From NCBI GenBank assembly GCA_951406725.2, contig OX597817.1:166594001-166658000 (forward strand): a stretch of 64,000 bases of DNA. The letters are read 5' to 3'. The notes under the pieces are model-generated. The model saw nothing but the letters and a program-made list of their open reading frames with translations, was not told the origin of the DNA and searched no databases. Shown piece after piece: positions 1 to 16,048 of this stretch. A program made the position numbers and the translations under genes. Position 1 is the first letter of the stretch, and each line of letters begins with the position of its first letter. The DNA is from Octopus vulgaris (taxonomy: Eukaryota).

Positions 1-1204
1 ATCTAACCTTCTTCCAGTGCTACATCTACTTGTATTGCAGCTACCCTCCACAATGGGGGAAGAACTGCTCATTCCATGTTCGAACTCCCTCTAAACCTTG
101 CAATGAAAAAATCTCAAATGTGCAACATTTCCAAAAACTCTGCAGTGGCAACAGTTCTTCAAAAAACTTGCCTCATTGTTTGGAATGAGTGCACCATATT
201 ACATCGTGGTTCTTTAGATGTATTTGACCGTACCCTCCAAGACATAAAAAACAATAGCCTGCTCATGGGAGGAGTGACACTTCTTGCTTGAGATTTTCGT
301 CAAACGTTGCCAGTTATCTCCAAAGGATCAAAAGCTGTTGAGGTCAATGCATGCTTGCAAAAATCGGGCCTTTGGAGACGTGTGAAAAAAGCTTCAACTT
401 ACAAGCAACATGTGAGGACTTCTACAAGCTGATCATACGAGCTTCTTAAGATTGGTAATGAGATATTAACATTCAACTCAAGGCTTCAGCTACATGAAAT
501 TACATGCGATCAAATGATACTTTCTCTTAGGTATCTTATGGATAAAGTATTTCCTATTTTATCTCTCAGTTACACTGATGTAACCTGACTAGGTGAAAGG
601 GCTATACTGGCTCCAACTAATGAAATGGTTGATAAACTCAATCATGAACGTCTTCAAAAGTTAATAGAATAATCAGAAATGACTTTTCGATCAATTGATA
701 ACAGTCGATCATGATCAGGTTGTTCAATATCCTGTTGAATTTCTGAACACACTTAAACCCACTGAGATGCCACCACATAACTTGACACTAAAACCGGATG
801 CTCCCATTATGTTGCTTAGGAATCTTGATCCATCTCACTTCTGTAATGGAACTCGCTTAATTGTTACTTTCATGAGGCCCCATGTCCTACAGGAAACAAT
901 CATAACAAGTAGTCACAAGAGAGGAAATGTCTTTATTCCAAAAACGCCTCTCATACCTACAGTTCTCCCATTTGAATTTAAGACGTTTCAGTTTCCAGTC
1001 AGACTAGGTTTTGGTTTTTCAATTAACAAATCTCATGGTCAATCCCTCAAGGTAGTCGTACTTGATCTCGCTACTACATGCTTCTTCCCCAGTCAACTCT
1101 ATGTCGCTTGCTTTCGACTTGGGAGCAGCAACAATTTATTCATTTCGACACCGACAAAAATTTACACAATGAATAATGTTTACCCCGTGGTGCTTCAACA
1201 TTGA
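1..1204 (+). pseudogene. Helitron RepHel PIF1-family helicase, C-terminal part, with stops and frameshifts
   Basis: Motifs IAATLPNGGRTAHSMFELPL, GGVTLLA*DFRQTLPVI, PVEFLNTL..PPHNLTLK..PIMLLRNL..CNGTRL, QFPVRLGF..INKSHGQSL and QLYVACFR. A decayed Helitron 3' hairpin (CCGGGCAACGCCGAG) lies near 1338-1352. Confidence 0.92.
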
Positions 1205-1569
1205 CAGATTTTCAATTCGAAATTCTATTATCATTACAATTTGGATACGTTTTAATAGAATATAAACATTTTGAAATAATTATGAGAGTTTATATATCTG
1301 CAGTTTACTAATCTGAATAAGAACAGCCAGCAGTAATCCGGGCAACGCCGAGTCATTCAGGAAGTATATATATATATATATATATGTTTAAGTAGTTGAA
1401 TGAATTATCCTAGTATGGATAATTCGGTTAACCGATACCCGGGTAGCAAAGTCAGAAAGCACGGTTGAAGCTACATGCCAAGGGCAGAAATCACGTGCTT
1501 TCGTGTGGAAATTTGTGTGTTTTTTTACTATAGATAAATGAAAGAATGGAGTCGAACGGCGATTTAACA

Positions 1570-1675
1570 AAATTCCTTTATTCTCGACATATGTTTCGAA
1601 GACTGCATATTCCTAATTCCGAAGGAATAAAGGGTGCATTATGCCGTCTTCTCATCAGGAAAGACAAGGAACTTA
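1570..1675 (-). ncRNA. Type I hammerhead ribozyme in the PLE pLTR, sense to the element
   Basis: Minus strand reads ttccttgtctttc-CTGATGA-GAAGAC...GTCTTC-GAAAC-ATAT-GTC-gagaataaaggaa. The core is intact, stem III is the palindrome ACATATGT, and predicted cleavage is between 1586 and 1585. Confidence 0.85.
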
Positions 1676-2490
1676 TGTCAGCATCATGACGAACAAAAAC
1701 TTTTAGATGACTGCCCGCACGGAGTCCATAGTGATAATGAGTGTTTCTTTAAAATATTCCGTTATAAGCAGTGACGTCAAAATTGGTTGGATGGATAAGA
1801 TTCTAAAAAGTTCAAGAGTTCAATAATGGTTGGAAGGGGAAAGATCTAAGAATAGGGGGGTGACAGAGTGCAAGTCGTATGGTGATGCGTTGTTGTTTGC
1901 TTCTGCCAATGAGATTGAGTGCCTATGTGTGTGTATGTATATAACTGCATTCGTGTCTATGTGTGTGTATGTGTATGCGTGATTGTTTGTGTGGGGGGAT
2001 AAATGCCAAATATCTCTAGTGGTGAAGTGACAAGTTTGTGTCTCTGTGTTTGATTTTGCTTATGATAGAGAGAGGGAGAGAGAGAGGGGGGAGAGGTAGA
2101 GAGACAAAGGTAGAACATACCCCAACGAATTTGGTAGTAGGCCTTCAAGTAACGGAGTATAAAAAAAAATTTTGTCTATGGTGTTGTTGTAGATGTGGAA
2201 CCAAATTATTAAATTCAAGGAGGTTATCTATATTAATCATCATTCATATGAGTGGAAGGTGTGTTTCTGCCAGTGCATGCATCTATAGGATTCTTCTACC
2301 ATTGTGTTTACTAAAGGGAATTTGGCGAAAAGTATATAGAAAAGCTCGGAATTACAGACGGCACAATATTTTCTACCCTTATCAAAAGGAAAGGATACAG
2401 ACAATATGGACCATTCCAGCTTGAAAGTTATATTGCTGTCCTTAGTGTGGGCAGTCATCTAAAAGTTTTTGTTCGTCCTGATGCTGACAT

Positions 2491-2594
2491 AAGTTCCTTG
2501 TCTTTCCTGATGAGAAGACGGCATAATGCACCTTTATTTCTTCGGAATTAGGAATATGCAGTCTTCGAAACATATGTCGAGAATTAAGGAATTT
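2491..2594 (+). ncRNA. Type I hammerhead ribozyme in the inverted pLTR copy
   Basis: CTGATGA 2507-2513, stem II GAAGAC 2514-2519 / GTCTTC 2561-2566, GAAAC 2567-2571, ATAT, GTC 2576-2578. Stem I is tttc/gaga plus ttcctt/aaggaa. Confidence 0.85.
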
Positions 2595-2644
2595 TGTTAA
2601 ATCGCCGTTCGACTCCATTCTTTCATTTATCTCTCTCTCTCTCT

Positions 2645-2736
<92 letters not shown>

Positions 2737-2749
2737 TTACATAGATACA

Positions 2750-2952
2750 CAAGAGGGTGCTGAGAAGTTCCCGGTTTTGAGTAAAAGAAAATACAAGATC
2801 AGTTAATTGTGATTTCGCCCCAAATTTTCCCATCTCAAATTCACATACGTATTGCAGCGCCCCTTCAGTTTTTGTAAGAACGCGGAAGTTTGGGCCCACA
2901 AGCAAGCTTTTCGCGATACCCGCAAAGCCAAAAACCTTTCAGAAACCCCTCA
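2750..2952. mobile_element. Mariner-derived MITE (about 200 bp, degraded)
   Basis: Imperfect terminal inverted repeats GAGGGTGCTGAGAAGTTCCCGGTTTT / AAAGCCAAAAACCTTTCAGAAACCCCTC in a TA-rich context. Confidence 0.55.
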
Positions 2953-2962
2953 TATATATATA

Positions 2963-4571
2963 CAGTGGGGGGAAATAAATATTCGTAAACGTCAAAATTC
3001 TCTATTTATCTAATTTCTAATGAACATAAATGGGATATACCAATACTATATTTGCATACACCTGCATAAACTAAGAATATGCAAAAGAAACTAATAAATT
3101 ATAGTAACTAAGGAATTTATATACAATTATATATATTTAGGGGTGAAAAAAGTATTCATACAGAACATAAATAACTGATAATTCTGATTTAATACTTCAT
3201 AGCATAACTATTATTCAGTTCCACTTCAACCAATCTCTTCTTGTAGTTCTTAATCAATGACTTGCATGTTTCTTTAGGAATTTTTTTCCCATTCTTCTTG
3301 ACGAATTTTCTTCAAATCTGGAATGCACGTTGGGGCTCTTGAATGAATTTTAATTTTCAAATAACGCCACAAATTTTCCATGGGGTTCAAGTCAGGTGAC
3401 TGGCTTGGCCATTCTAATAATTTTATATTGTGATCGACAATCCATTTCTTGGTAAGCTTCGCCGTGTGCTTAGGGTTATTATCCTGTTGTGAAACCCACC
3501 CTTCACAAAGCTGGAGCTTTTCTACAGGGTCCCATAAATTATTGTTCAAAATATTTTGGTACATCTCTGCATTCATTCTAACATCTATCACATGTAAATT
3601 GCCAGTACCATTTGCAGAGAAACACCCCCACACTATGATGTTGCCACCTCCAAACTTTATGGTAGGAATTGTGCTTTTCGGCGAATAGGCAATACCATCT
3701 TTCCTCCAAACATGGCTACGCGAATTTCTTCCAAACAATTCAATTTTCGACTCGTCTGTCCATAGAACATTTCCCCAGAATGTATCAGGTTTATCTTTAT
3801 GTTCATAAACAAATTTTAAATGGGCATCTCTATGCCATTTAGTCAACAGCGGAGTTTTTCTAAGAGAGCGTGACTTCAGTTCATTCCTATGAAGTTCATT
3901 GCTGATTGTTCAAAGTGTAACACTAGTCACTGAAGCTAACAAATCTTCTTGCAACTCTTTTCTGTTGATCATTGCGTTTTTTTCGATTCTTCACTTCATT
4001 TTTCTTAAAGATCTAGGGGAAATCTTGCATGGTGCACTGGATCTTATTCTGTTTTCAACAGTTCCCGATTTTTTATATCTTTGAATAAATGAAGATGTGG
4101 TAGAAAATGGAATACAAAGGGTATCTGATATTTTCCTGTAACTTTTACCTGCTTTCCACTGTTCAGTAATTAAGTTTTTCACTGTATTAGTCAGTTCTTT
4201 ACTTTTCGCCATTATTGCAATACTACTTTATGTTGTCTCAGTTCTGAATGAAGAAGCTAGCGTTTTGACACTTAAAAATGACAACTGATAAGATTATTGG
4301 AACAAACAAGAAAGTTCTAGTAAAAAAAAATATTTCAACAGTATTTTGTGGCATAGAAAATCATAAATTTATACTGTACGAATACTTTTTTCACCCCTAC
4401 ATATTTATGATTGTATATAAATTCTTTAGTTACTATAATTTATTAGTATCTTTTGCATATTCTTAGTTTATGCATCTGTATGCAAATATAGTATTGGTAT
4501 ATCCCATTTATGTTCATTAGAAATTAAATAAATAAAAAATTTTGACGTGTACGAATATTCATTTCCCCCCA

Positions 4572-4574
<3 letters not shown>
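2963..4574 (-). mobile_element. Full-length Tc1 (DD34E) transposon with about 200 bp IR/DR-type TIRs and TA target duplication
   Basis: TA|CAGTGGGGGGAAAT ... ATTTCCCCCCACTG|TA. TIRs at 2963-3163 and 4374-4574 each carry an outer and an inner GGG.GAAA..A.TATTC.TA direct repeat. Confidence 0.95.
3189..4212 (-). pseudogene. Tc1 transposase pseudogene
   Basis: Begins MAKSKEL, with paired-like HTH, WTDESK, QQDNNPKH and WPSQSPDLNPMENLW (34 residues between the second D and E). There are two in-frame TGA stops (at 3991 and near 3910) and a poly-A frameshift near 3280. Confidence 0.93.
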
Positions 4575-4627
<53 letters not shown>

Positions 4628-4629
<2 letters not shown>

Positions 4630-4889
4630 ACTAAGTAATTAAGGGTTTAGCAACGAATTGCCTCACCAACACACCGAATTTAGAAATAGCAGTCAAAGAG
4701 ATATAGCTATTCCTTCTACTAAAAGGGGGATCTCAGTAAAAACACAGCACTTGAAAGGCAAACACAGTGCTGTGTTTTTACTGAGATCCCCCTTTTAGTA
4801 GAAGGAATAGCTATATCTCTTTGACTACTATTTCTAAATTCGGTGTGTTGGTGAGGCAATTCGTTGCTAAACCCTTAATTACTTAGTAT
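4628..4889. repeat. Near-perfect 124-bp-arm inverted repeat (hairpin), probably the inverted end of a Penelope-like pLTR
   Basis: Arms 4628-4751 and 4766-4889 with a 14-nt spacer and one visible mismatch. The right arm continues into sequence homologous to about 16530-17030. Confidence 0.85.
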
Positions 4890-5000
4890 TACTTAAATTT
4901 TCCTCGAATGGGGCTTTTACATGCCGAAATCTACTTGGTGTAATTGATAATTATTCCAAATTAATTAATTTCACCCTTTATTATTACTGATAACCATATA

Positions 5001-5045
<45 letters not shown>

Positions 5046-5666
5046 CTGGACTTCCAGCCTAGTGTGATTCTCATGTTTATTATTTACAATTTTGAAATTA
5101 TAGAATATTATATATATTGTGATAAAACTAGTACTTTCATGCGTTACGCAATCATCTGGTTTATGTATTGACAGTCGTTTTCCACAATTGACAACTGTAG
5201 TGAAATTATTACATTTGTCCTTTAGTACACGCGGAGATATAGTTGACTATAATAACACCTGAAGACTGCGCAAATGAATAATATTGGGCTGATGGTTGAA
5301 ACTATTAAAAATAAATCAAAATAATTATATTCGTGTATGCACATGTGATCTAACATAAATATGTGTTCATGCGTGAATGATATATTCACTTGCGTTTCAC
5401 TCTGATGAGATGCAAATAACCGCCGAAACCTCTCAAATCGAATCTGATTGTTTGACAACGGAAGCACAATGTTTTGGTTTAATCCCAATGTCACAGCATG
5501 TCACAGCAAACTTAAACTCTCTGTTTACTAAACACACGCACACATACCTAAATGTCACTTTAGAATTCTATTTACTCTCAAAACGATGTGTAGTTTTTTT
5601 TTTGTTAATGAATTAATTTAAACCCTCAGCGATTCCACAGTTATACCTGAATTTCTTTACCATATA

Positions 5667-5831
5667 GGTGCAGGAGTGGCTGTATGGTACGTAGCTTGCT
5701 TACCAACCATATGATTCCGGGTTCATTCCTACTGTGTGGCACCATGGGCAAGTGTCTTCTACTATTGCTTCGGGCCAACCAAAGCCTTGTGAGTGGATTT
5801 GGTAGACGGAAACTGAAAGAAGCCCGTCGTA

Positions 5832-5913
<82 letters not shown>

Positions 5914-6116
5914 TGTGTCTGTGTCCTCTCAACATCGCTTGACAACCGATGCTGGTGTGTTTACATCCCCGTAACTTAGCGGTTAGGCATAAGAGACCGA
6001 TATAATAAGTACTGGGCTTACAAAGAATAAGTCCTGGTGTCGATTTGCTCGACTAAAGGCGGTGCTCCAACATGGCCGCAGTCAAATGACTGAAACAAGT
6101 AAAAGAGTAAAAGAGA
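5667..6116 (+). mobile_element. tRNA-derived SINE, family A (about 430 bp, internal TA/TG microsatellite, AAGAGTAA tail)
   Basis: Pol III-like head GGAGTGGCTGTATGGTA...CCGGGTTCATTCC. Homologous to the copies at 11151, 31752, 35570 and 40378. Confidence 0.88.
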
Positions 6117-7149
6117 ATATATATAGATTTAAGTTTATAATCTCCGTGTTGAGGAAAAGTGAGCGACAAAACTCTTGTTAAAGGATAAAACTGATCAGGG
6201 AGATCATTTTTCTTTTTCGTGACAGAAGAAAATAGTGTTTAACTGTACACACACGTGCATACACACACACGCGCACAAACACACACATACAGTATTTTGC
6301 GTATATAAGAGTCGGATATTGATAGCAAATCCCACAAGGTTTTCATTTAAGGGATAAACTTTTCTCAGTTAGGACACCTTATAACATAAAATAAGGTTTA
6401 GATAAAATCCATACACTATTGCAATATGTAATGTATTCCTGTCCAGCCAGAAATATTCCTGAGCAGTACTATGTTATATAGGAATACTCAGTGTAATACA
6501 CCTATTTAGATTAAACCATTATACTATATTGGACATAATTCTAGGCGAGAGATTGTGAACTAACTCTCGTTGTTACAGCAATTATAACTGCATAATCAAG
6601 AGACAGGCAAAACACGAACAGCAACGGAGATTTGAATGGCGCGAAACACGAACAAAACGTCCTTTTGGGTATATTAAATCAAGTCCTTGAGAATTATAAT
6701 ATCTCTCTAAATAGGACTTCACAGGATTAAGTATTTATATGGTTTTTAGGATACGTACCAGAGGGACGTAACAGATTCTCATGAGGTTTGCTTCTGAAGG
6801 ATATACACTTTTGACGATATGAATTAAAGCTTAGAGAAACCACATTTATTTATGTTAAATGCATAGACTAGAAGTGAAATCACATAGACAGTGCACTCAC
6901 AACAAAACATCTGTAATAAAATTATGTATTTGTTGTTCAGTTCGAACGGTTAAGCGAAACCATTAGATTTATGGTATATAGGATTAGGTAAAATAAAATT
7001 GCTATATATATATATAAATAGGTTTCTGGACACACCTATAATACATAAAAGCAGGAAAATTGGTGAAAGAAACCATTATATTTATAATATATATGTTTAG
7101 ATAAAATAAAGTTGCTATACATATAAATAGGTTGTTAAATAAAGCTAAT

Positions 7150-7346
7150 AGGCCTGGCTGTGCTGTTAAGGAGCTCGCTTTGCAAGCAAGGGGTTCTGGA
7201 GATCAGTCCCACTTCGCAACACCTTGGGCAAATGTCTTCTACCATAGCATCAGGCCAACCAATGGTTTGGGAGTGTATCTCGTAGATGGAAATTGTGCTG
7301 AATCCCGTCGTTTATATATATATTTCTATATGTGTGTGTATGTCTG

Positions 7347-7399
<53 letters not shown>

Positions 7400-8035
7400 T
7401 TCTTTTAATTGTTTCAGTCATTACGCTGCGGCCATGCAACAGCACCACCAGGAAGGATTTTTAGTTCAAAGCCTCGACCTTAATAATTGTTTCTTGTAAA
7501 GCCTGGTTCTTATTCAATCGGTCTCTTTTGCCGAACCACCAGGTTAGGGGACTGTAAAGCGGTGGTGAAAGACAAACACAAACACAAAGACACCCCCCAC
7601 ACTTACACTCACACTCAAACACAAACGCGCGCACACACAAACACACACATATGACAGGCTTCTTTCAGTTTCCGTCAAACAAATCTACTCAGAAGGCTTT
7701 CGTCGGTCCAAAGGTACGTAAATAACACTTGCCCAAAGTGTCACACAGTGGAACTGAACTCGGAACCATGTGGTTGGCAAGCAAACTTCTTACCATACAT
7801 TCACATACATGTCCATCTGAGTATTTGTGTTTACCCCACCTCCTTCCGGATTGACAACCAGTGTGTATTCAAGTTCCTGAAACATTGTGGCTCAGCGAAT
7901 AGATCGAAAGAATAAATACTGGATTAAAAGATGTATTCGCACAATACGATTAACTAAAATCCTTGAAGATGGTCACTTGCATGGCCGAAATCCAATGAAC
8001 GAAAATAATAAAAGAATACAAAAAGTAAATAAGAA
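7150..8035. mobile_element. Diverged family A SINE (+; 7150-7320 and 7830-8035) with an opposite-strand family A copy (7395-7800) between its halves
   Basis: Head, body and tail motifs are recognisable by homology to 5667-6116. Confidence 0.65.
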
Positions 8036-8099
8036 AGAAAAAGAAAACTTCGCATGGTGACACACATGCGAACATACGAGCTGGTGAGATTGGTTAATA

Positions 8100-8117
8100 G
8101 ACAGACAGATAGATAAG

Positions 8118-8182
<65 letters not shown>

Positions 8183-8206
8183 GGCTAGATAGGTAGGCAG
8201 GCAGGC

Positions 8207-8294
<88 letters not shown>

Positions 8295-8314
8295 GGCTAG
8301 ATAAGTAGGCAGGC

Positions 8315-8402
<88 letters not shown>
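8100..8402. repeat. (GATA)n microsatellite with an internal duplicated ATGGCTAGAT..GGCAGGCA variant block
   Basis: Direct reading. Confidence 0.95.
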
Positions 8403-8403
<1 letters not shown>

Positions 8404-9079
8404 TCCAATTTCGCTGGCCTAAAACAAAAACCCACAAAGCAAAAAGCAGAAAGAGAAGAGAGAAATAGAAGAAGAAGAGAAAGGTTGAGATAAGACGGGC
8501 GATAAAAACAAACGATAACTCTAGATAAATAGATAAATAAATAGACAGATAAGAAATGGGTATAGAGGAAGGAGTAGAGATACGGTGTTTGGCAGCGGGT
8601 TGGTGATTTCTAATAAGCGGGTATACGGGTATACAGAGAGAGACAAACAGTGCCTATGACGGGCGACCGACCTCAAGAATATGCTGCCACTACGAAGTAC
8701 GTGTATGTGTATGTTTATGTGTGTTTGTGTGTGAGTATGCATGTATACATGTGTGCGTATGTCTAAGTATGTGTGTATGTATATGGTGTAAACAACTTCT
8801 CCATATTTCAAAGCAATGGAACGTCATTATATGCCTAAATATCGGTTTTCGGTCTTTATCTCTTTGTTTAATCTGCAAAAGACTCTCTTTATTTCTCTCT
8901 CCATCATACTGAAAGTATGTGTGCCTCTGTGCATGTGTATGTATGTATGTATGTATGTATGTATGTATGTATGTATGTATGTATGTATGTATGTATATAT
9001 ATATATATACATATACATATATGCATATAAATATATATATATGCATATAAATAAATATATATATATATATGCATATATA

Positions 9080-9193
<114 letters not shown>

Positions 9194-9470
9194 GATGTGT
9201 ATGCTTCGGTATAGCTCGGTGTGTACGCCTTTAATTCTCTTTAACTTACTCTATCTGTCTATCTTCATTTCTATCACACATTCTCGCTCCTTCACTTTCC
9301 CATGTTCTTTTTCTGTCCCTCTCAACGTCCCCCCCCATCTCTCTCTCTCTCTCTCTCTTGAACTGCATCTCTTTCACTCCCTTCTTTTTCTGTTCTTTCC
9401 TGTAATATCTGTTTACTGTATCACTACTGATAAGATGTCGTGATTCTGACATAAACATATACATAACTAC

Positions 9471-9522
<52 letters not shown>

Positions 9523-9688
9523 ATATGTATATGGTATACGTATATGTATTATTAGTACGCGTGCACACGTAATTATATCACGGCTGGACCCATCACACTG
9601 CCCCGTCGTTTGGCTTTAAGTTCGGTGTTCCTTATCTAACTAATATCGGTTCCAAGATATCGCCTGAAACCCCACACATACCCGCACG

Positions 9689-9750
<62 letters not shown>

Positions 9751-9853
9751 GTGTACTAGTACCACTTCGGTCAACCCCATCCTACCAGCACCCCACCACG
9801 AAGTTCCCTATTTTATCAGCCACACATTCGACAGCGCTGTCTATCCCATTATT

Positions 9854-9901
<48 letters not shown>

Positions 9902-10078
9902 ATATCTATCTATCTATCTATCTCAACATACGCATATTAATAGTCAGACAAGCAGGTATACAGATAACCATACGTTCAAGCAGACAGAGATAGTGAGACA
10001 GACAGATAAACAGATAGATAAATATATAGATATGTAGATAGATAGGTAAGTAGATAGACAGACAGACAGATAGATAGG

Positions 10079-10158
<80 letters not shown>

Positions 10159-10483
10159 AGAAATATACTGAAATAGTTATAGTCACAATAATTGATATCT
10201 ATTGACCATGCACAAGAGCTGCAAGTGTTGAAATATAATGTTTATGCCTTTCCCAAGAGTATTATACCCGATTGATACAACTGGTTCCTTTGAAAAATCT
10301 GGTATGGACATGTTTCTGGGGAAACATGTGCATTCCAGACACTGTCGGTCGCTAGACGCTGTATCTGATTATATTGCCCTGTATGGTTTAAGCTGGATTT
10401 CCTTGAAAACAAAACTGAAGCCAGAGTAGCCAATCTCTGCCAGAAATGAGCTACAAAGAACCATTTGCAATAATTTTGTGAAG

Positions 10484-10766
10484 ATAGAGTGCCAATCGAT
10501 TAGATCTACACCAGCACGTAACTGGTACTTGATTTACCGACCCCGAAAGGATGAAAGGCACAGTCGACGTCGATGGAATTTGAACTCAAAACGTAGCGAC
10601 GGGGGAAATACCGCTTAGCATTTTCATGTAGCGTGCTCACAACTCTGCTAGCTGGCCGTTTTCACCAGTATTAGAAATAATGACTATTCTTTGCTAGTCT
10701 AGGCACAAGGCCCGAAATTTTTGGGAAGGGGGCCAGTCGATTAGATCGACCCCAGTACGCAACTGG
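10484..10766 (-). mobile_element. Two adjacent family B SINE segments; inverted duplicate of 12402-12684
   Basis: Contains CCGAAAGGATGAAAGGC..GTCGAC..GGAATTTGAACTC and is the near-identical reverse complement of 12402-12684. Confidence 0.85.
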
Positions 10767-11150
10767 GGGGACAACTAGGGGGACAAACTCGAGAAGGATT
10801 TGTACAATCCAATCCCACTCTCTGAACTTGGACAACATAAACTCGAAAAGAACTGGTTACGTCATCGAATATTGTTAGTGTTACGCGTTTTCTCAGAGTT
10901 TCTCTCTCCTAGAGAGATGTAACAACAAAGGGGCTTCCCACTTCCAGTGGGCCAACTGCACGCCTGGACAACAACCCAAGTATTTCTACGTCCCCGAGCA
11001 TACAAACATTCATACATACACATGTACACACGCACATATATGCATATGATGGTCTTATTGTTTATAATAATATCAGTGGCTTAGCGTGCGTAACAATACC
11101 CTAGGCATGCTAAGCCAATGTTATTTTTATAAACAATAACATCCTCATAT

Positions 11151-11570
11151 TTACTCTTTTACTCTTTTACTTGTTTCAGTCATCTGACTGCGGCCGTGCT
11201 GGAGCACCGCCTTTAATCGAGCAAATCGACCCCGGGACTTATTCTTTGTAAGCCCAGTACTTATTCTATCGGTCTCTTTTGCCGAACCGCTAAGTGACGG
11301 GGACGTAAACACACCAGCATCGGTTGTCAAGCAATGCTAGGGGGACAAACACAGACACACAAACATATACACACACACTTATATATATACACATATATAT
11401 ATATACGACAGGCTTCTTTCAGTTTCCGTCTACCAAAACTCACTCACAAGGCATTGGTCGGCCCGGGGCTATAGCAGAAGCCACTTGCCCAAGTTGCCAC
11501 GCAGTGGGACTGAACCCGGAACCATGTGGTTGGTTAGCAAGCTACTTACCACACAGCCACTCCTGCGCCT
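11151..11570 (-). mobile_element. tRNA-derived SINE, family A
   Basis: Full-length reverse complement of the 5667/40378 family. Confidence 0.9.
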
Positions 11571-12082
11571 GATATAATTTTCATTCACTTCGATCGCCTT
11601 TTTAAATTTGCTGCGGCATTAAAAACGGTAATCGCACCCATTGGTTGAGATGAAGAAACTCTATAACCCTGAGAGTCAGTAAGATTCGCTGAGGATGAAC
11701 TAAGGGTATTTCTTAAAGTTCGAAATCACGACGATACAGGTTTGTCTGACATTTTCAGTTTTCGATTATTTTCGTCATTCACATGTTGTCATAGGGATTT
11801 TGTTCATTGGCCTGCTTTCGCCTTCGTGTTCAAGCGAAAACTTGTGCCTTGGTCAATTCGACTACTATATTCCGTCGACCCGCATGCTGAACTAGTACTG
11901 ACTTTATCGACCCTTTAAAATGAAATGTTAAGTCAACTTCATTAGAATTTCAACTTAGGAAGTAAAAGCAGAAGAAATACTGCTCGGCATTTTTTCCAAC
12001 GTGTTAACTATTCTGCCGGTTCATCGTCCTTAAATTAGGATTTCAAATAATTATACGAGGCTAACAATATTGCTGGGAGAGG

Positions 12083-14402
<2,320 letters not shown>

Positions 14403-15636
14403 AATAATAATAATAATAATAATAACAACAACAACAACAACATCAATATCAACAACAGCAACAACAACAATGAATAAATAAATAATATTGAAAGACGTGT
14501 ACCACCGTCAACAGGCGTGTGGCAGGCGGTAAACGCTGAAATCGCATCTAACATCTGTTGAGAATGCATTCGCTATTAATGATTAAACGAGAATATCCAA
14601 TAAAAATATGAATATATATATGAAAATATACAAATAGAAGTTTACATTGAAACACGAAATAAAATGATTGTATAAACATGTGACTAGAAAAAACAAAAAG
14701 TTTTCACATTTTCAGATATGAAATTTATTTTAACAGAACCCCTACAATAACATGATTTGTGTGCGTAAGCGGGGTGTGTTCTGTTGGACTGGTGTAGGAA
14801 GGTGCATATATATATGGATGTGTCTATATATGTAGACACACATACATATATATACATATATATATACGTATGCATGTATGTATGCGCCTGTATTTATGCA
14901 TATATGGATGTGCGTGCGGGTGTATTTTCTTTGTGTGACGAATGGCCATCCACATCTATTTACTCGTATAAGCGTGCTTCTCCGAGACTTCTGATGTTTT
15001 TTCTAACAATGATTGGACGATACTTACATATGTTATATGTATCATATACACACATACGTACCCATACATACATGTATATACATACATATATATATATATA
15101 TGTGTGTGTGTGTATGCATGTGTGAGGTATTTGTTTTAAATTTGATATCAAGTCTAACATCAAGTGATTATTCTTGCTAATGTCGAAATACGCACTGAAA
15201 AGCACCTCGCCAAATACATACACACCAGCTTACATATATATGTGTGTGTTTCTGTGAGTATATGTATGAGTTTACGTGTGTGTGAGTGAGTGCGTAGACA
15301 GATTATGTATTTATATTGAACGGTCACGCGTGTAAACGTTCAAAATATATTTGCAGAGATGTACATCTATATGGGGATTTTATATATACATAGCACTCAC
15401 ATCCAAAATAGATGCGATTACCTAGATTCTTTAGTGGAGCGCTTGAAAAATTGAGGAAAGCCTCAACATGAAACCCTTGGTAGCACTGTTAATTCAAAAA
15501 TATAGAATATCTATTCACCTAATACTGTGTTGAAATACACAAAATCACTATTCGATAATCACATATACGTATACATGCATAAACATACTCACATACGTAT
15601 ACATATATATGCATGCATATATATATATATATATAT

Positions 15637-16048
<412 letters not shown>

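Larger units (their letters stand above)
1390..2630 (-). mobile_element. 5'-truncated Penelope-like element with 3' pLTR and an inverted partial pLTR at the 5' end
   Basis: Minus-strand 2240-2445 encodes ..ITFKLEWSIL..DKGRKYCAVCNSELFYIL..LVN..E..RCMH.K, resembling the PLE GIY-YIG C-terminus (W.IL..C.LC..E..IL..LN..E..C.H). About 1530-1720 is repeated in inverted orientation at about 2446-2630. Both copies carry a hammerhead. Confidence 0.8.

Noticed and set aside
5395-5450. CTGATGA...GAAAC spacing resembling a hammerhead
   Set aside because: Stems I-III do not pair convincingly and there is no well-placed NUH.
11685-11735. CTGAGGA-T-GAACT...AGTTC-GAAA motif
   Set aside because: Stem II is plausible but I found no stem III, cleavage triplet or stem I.
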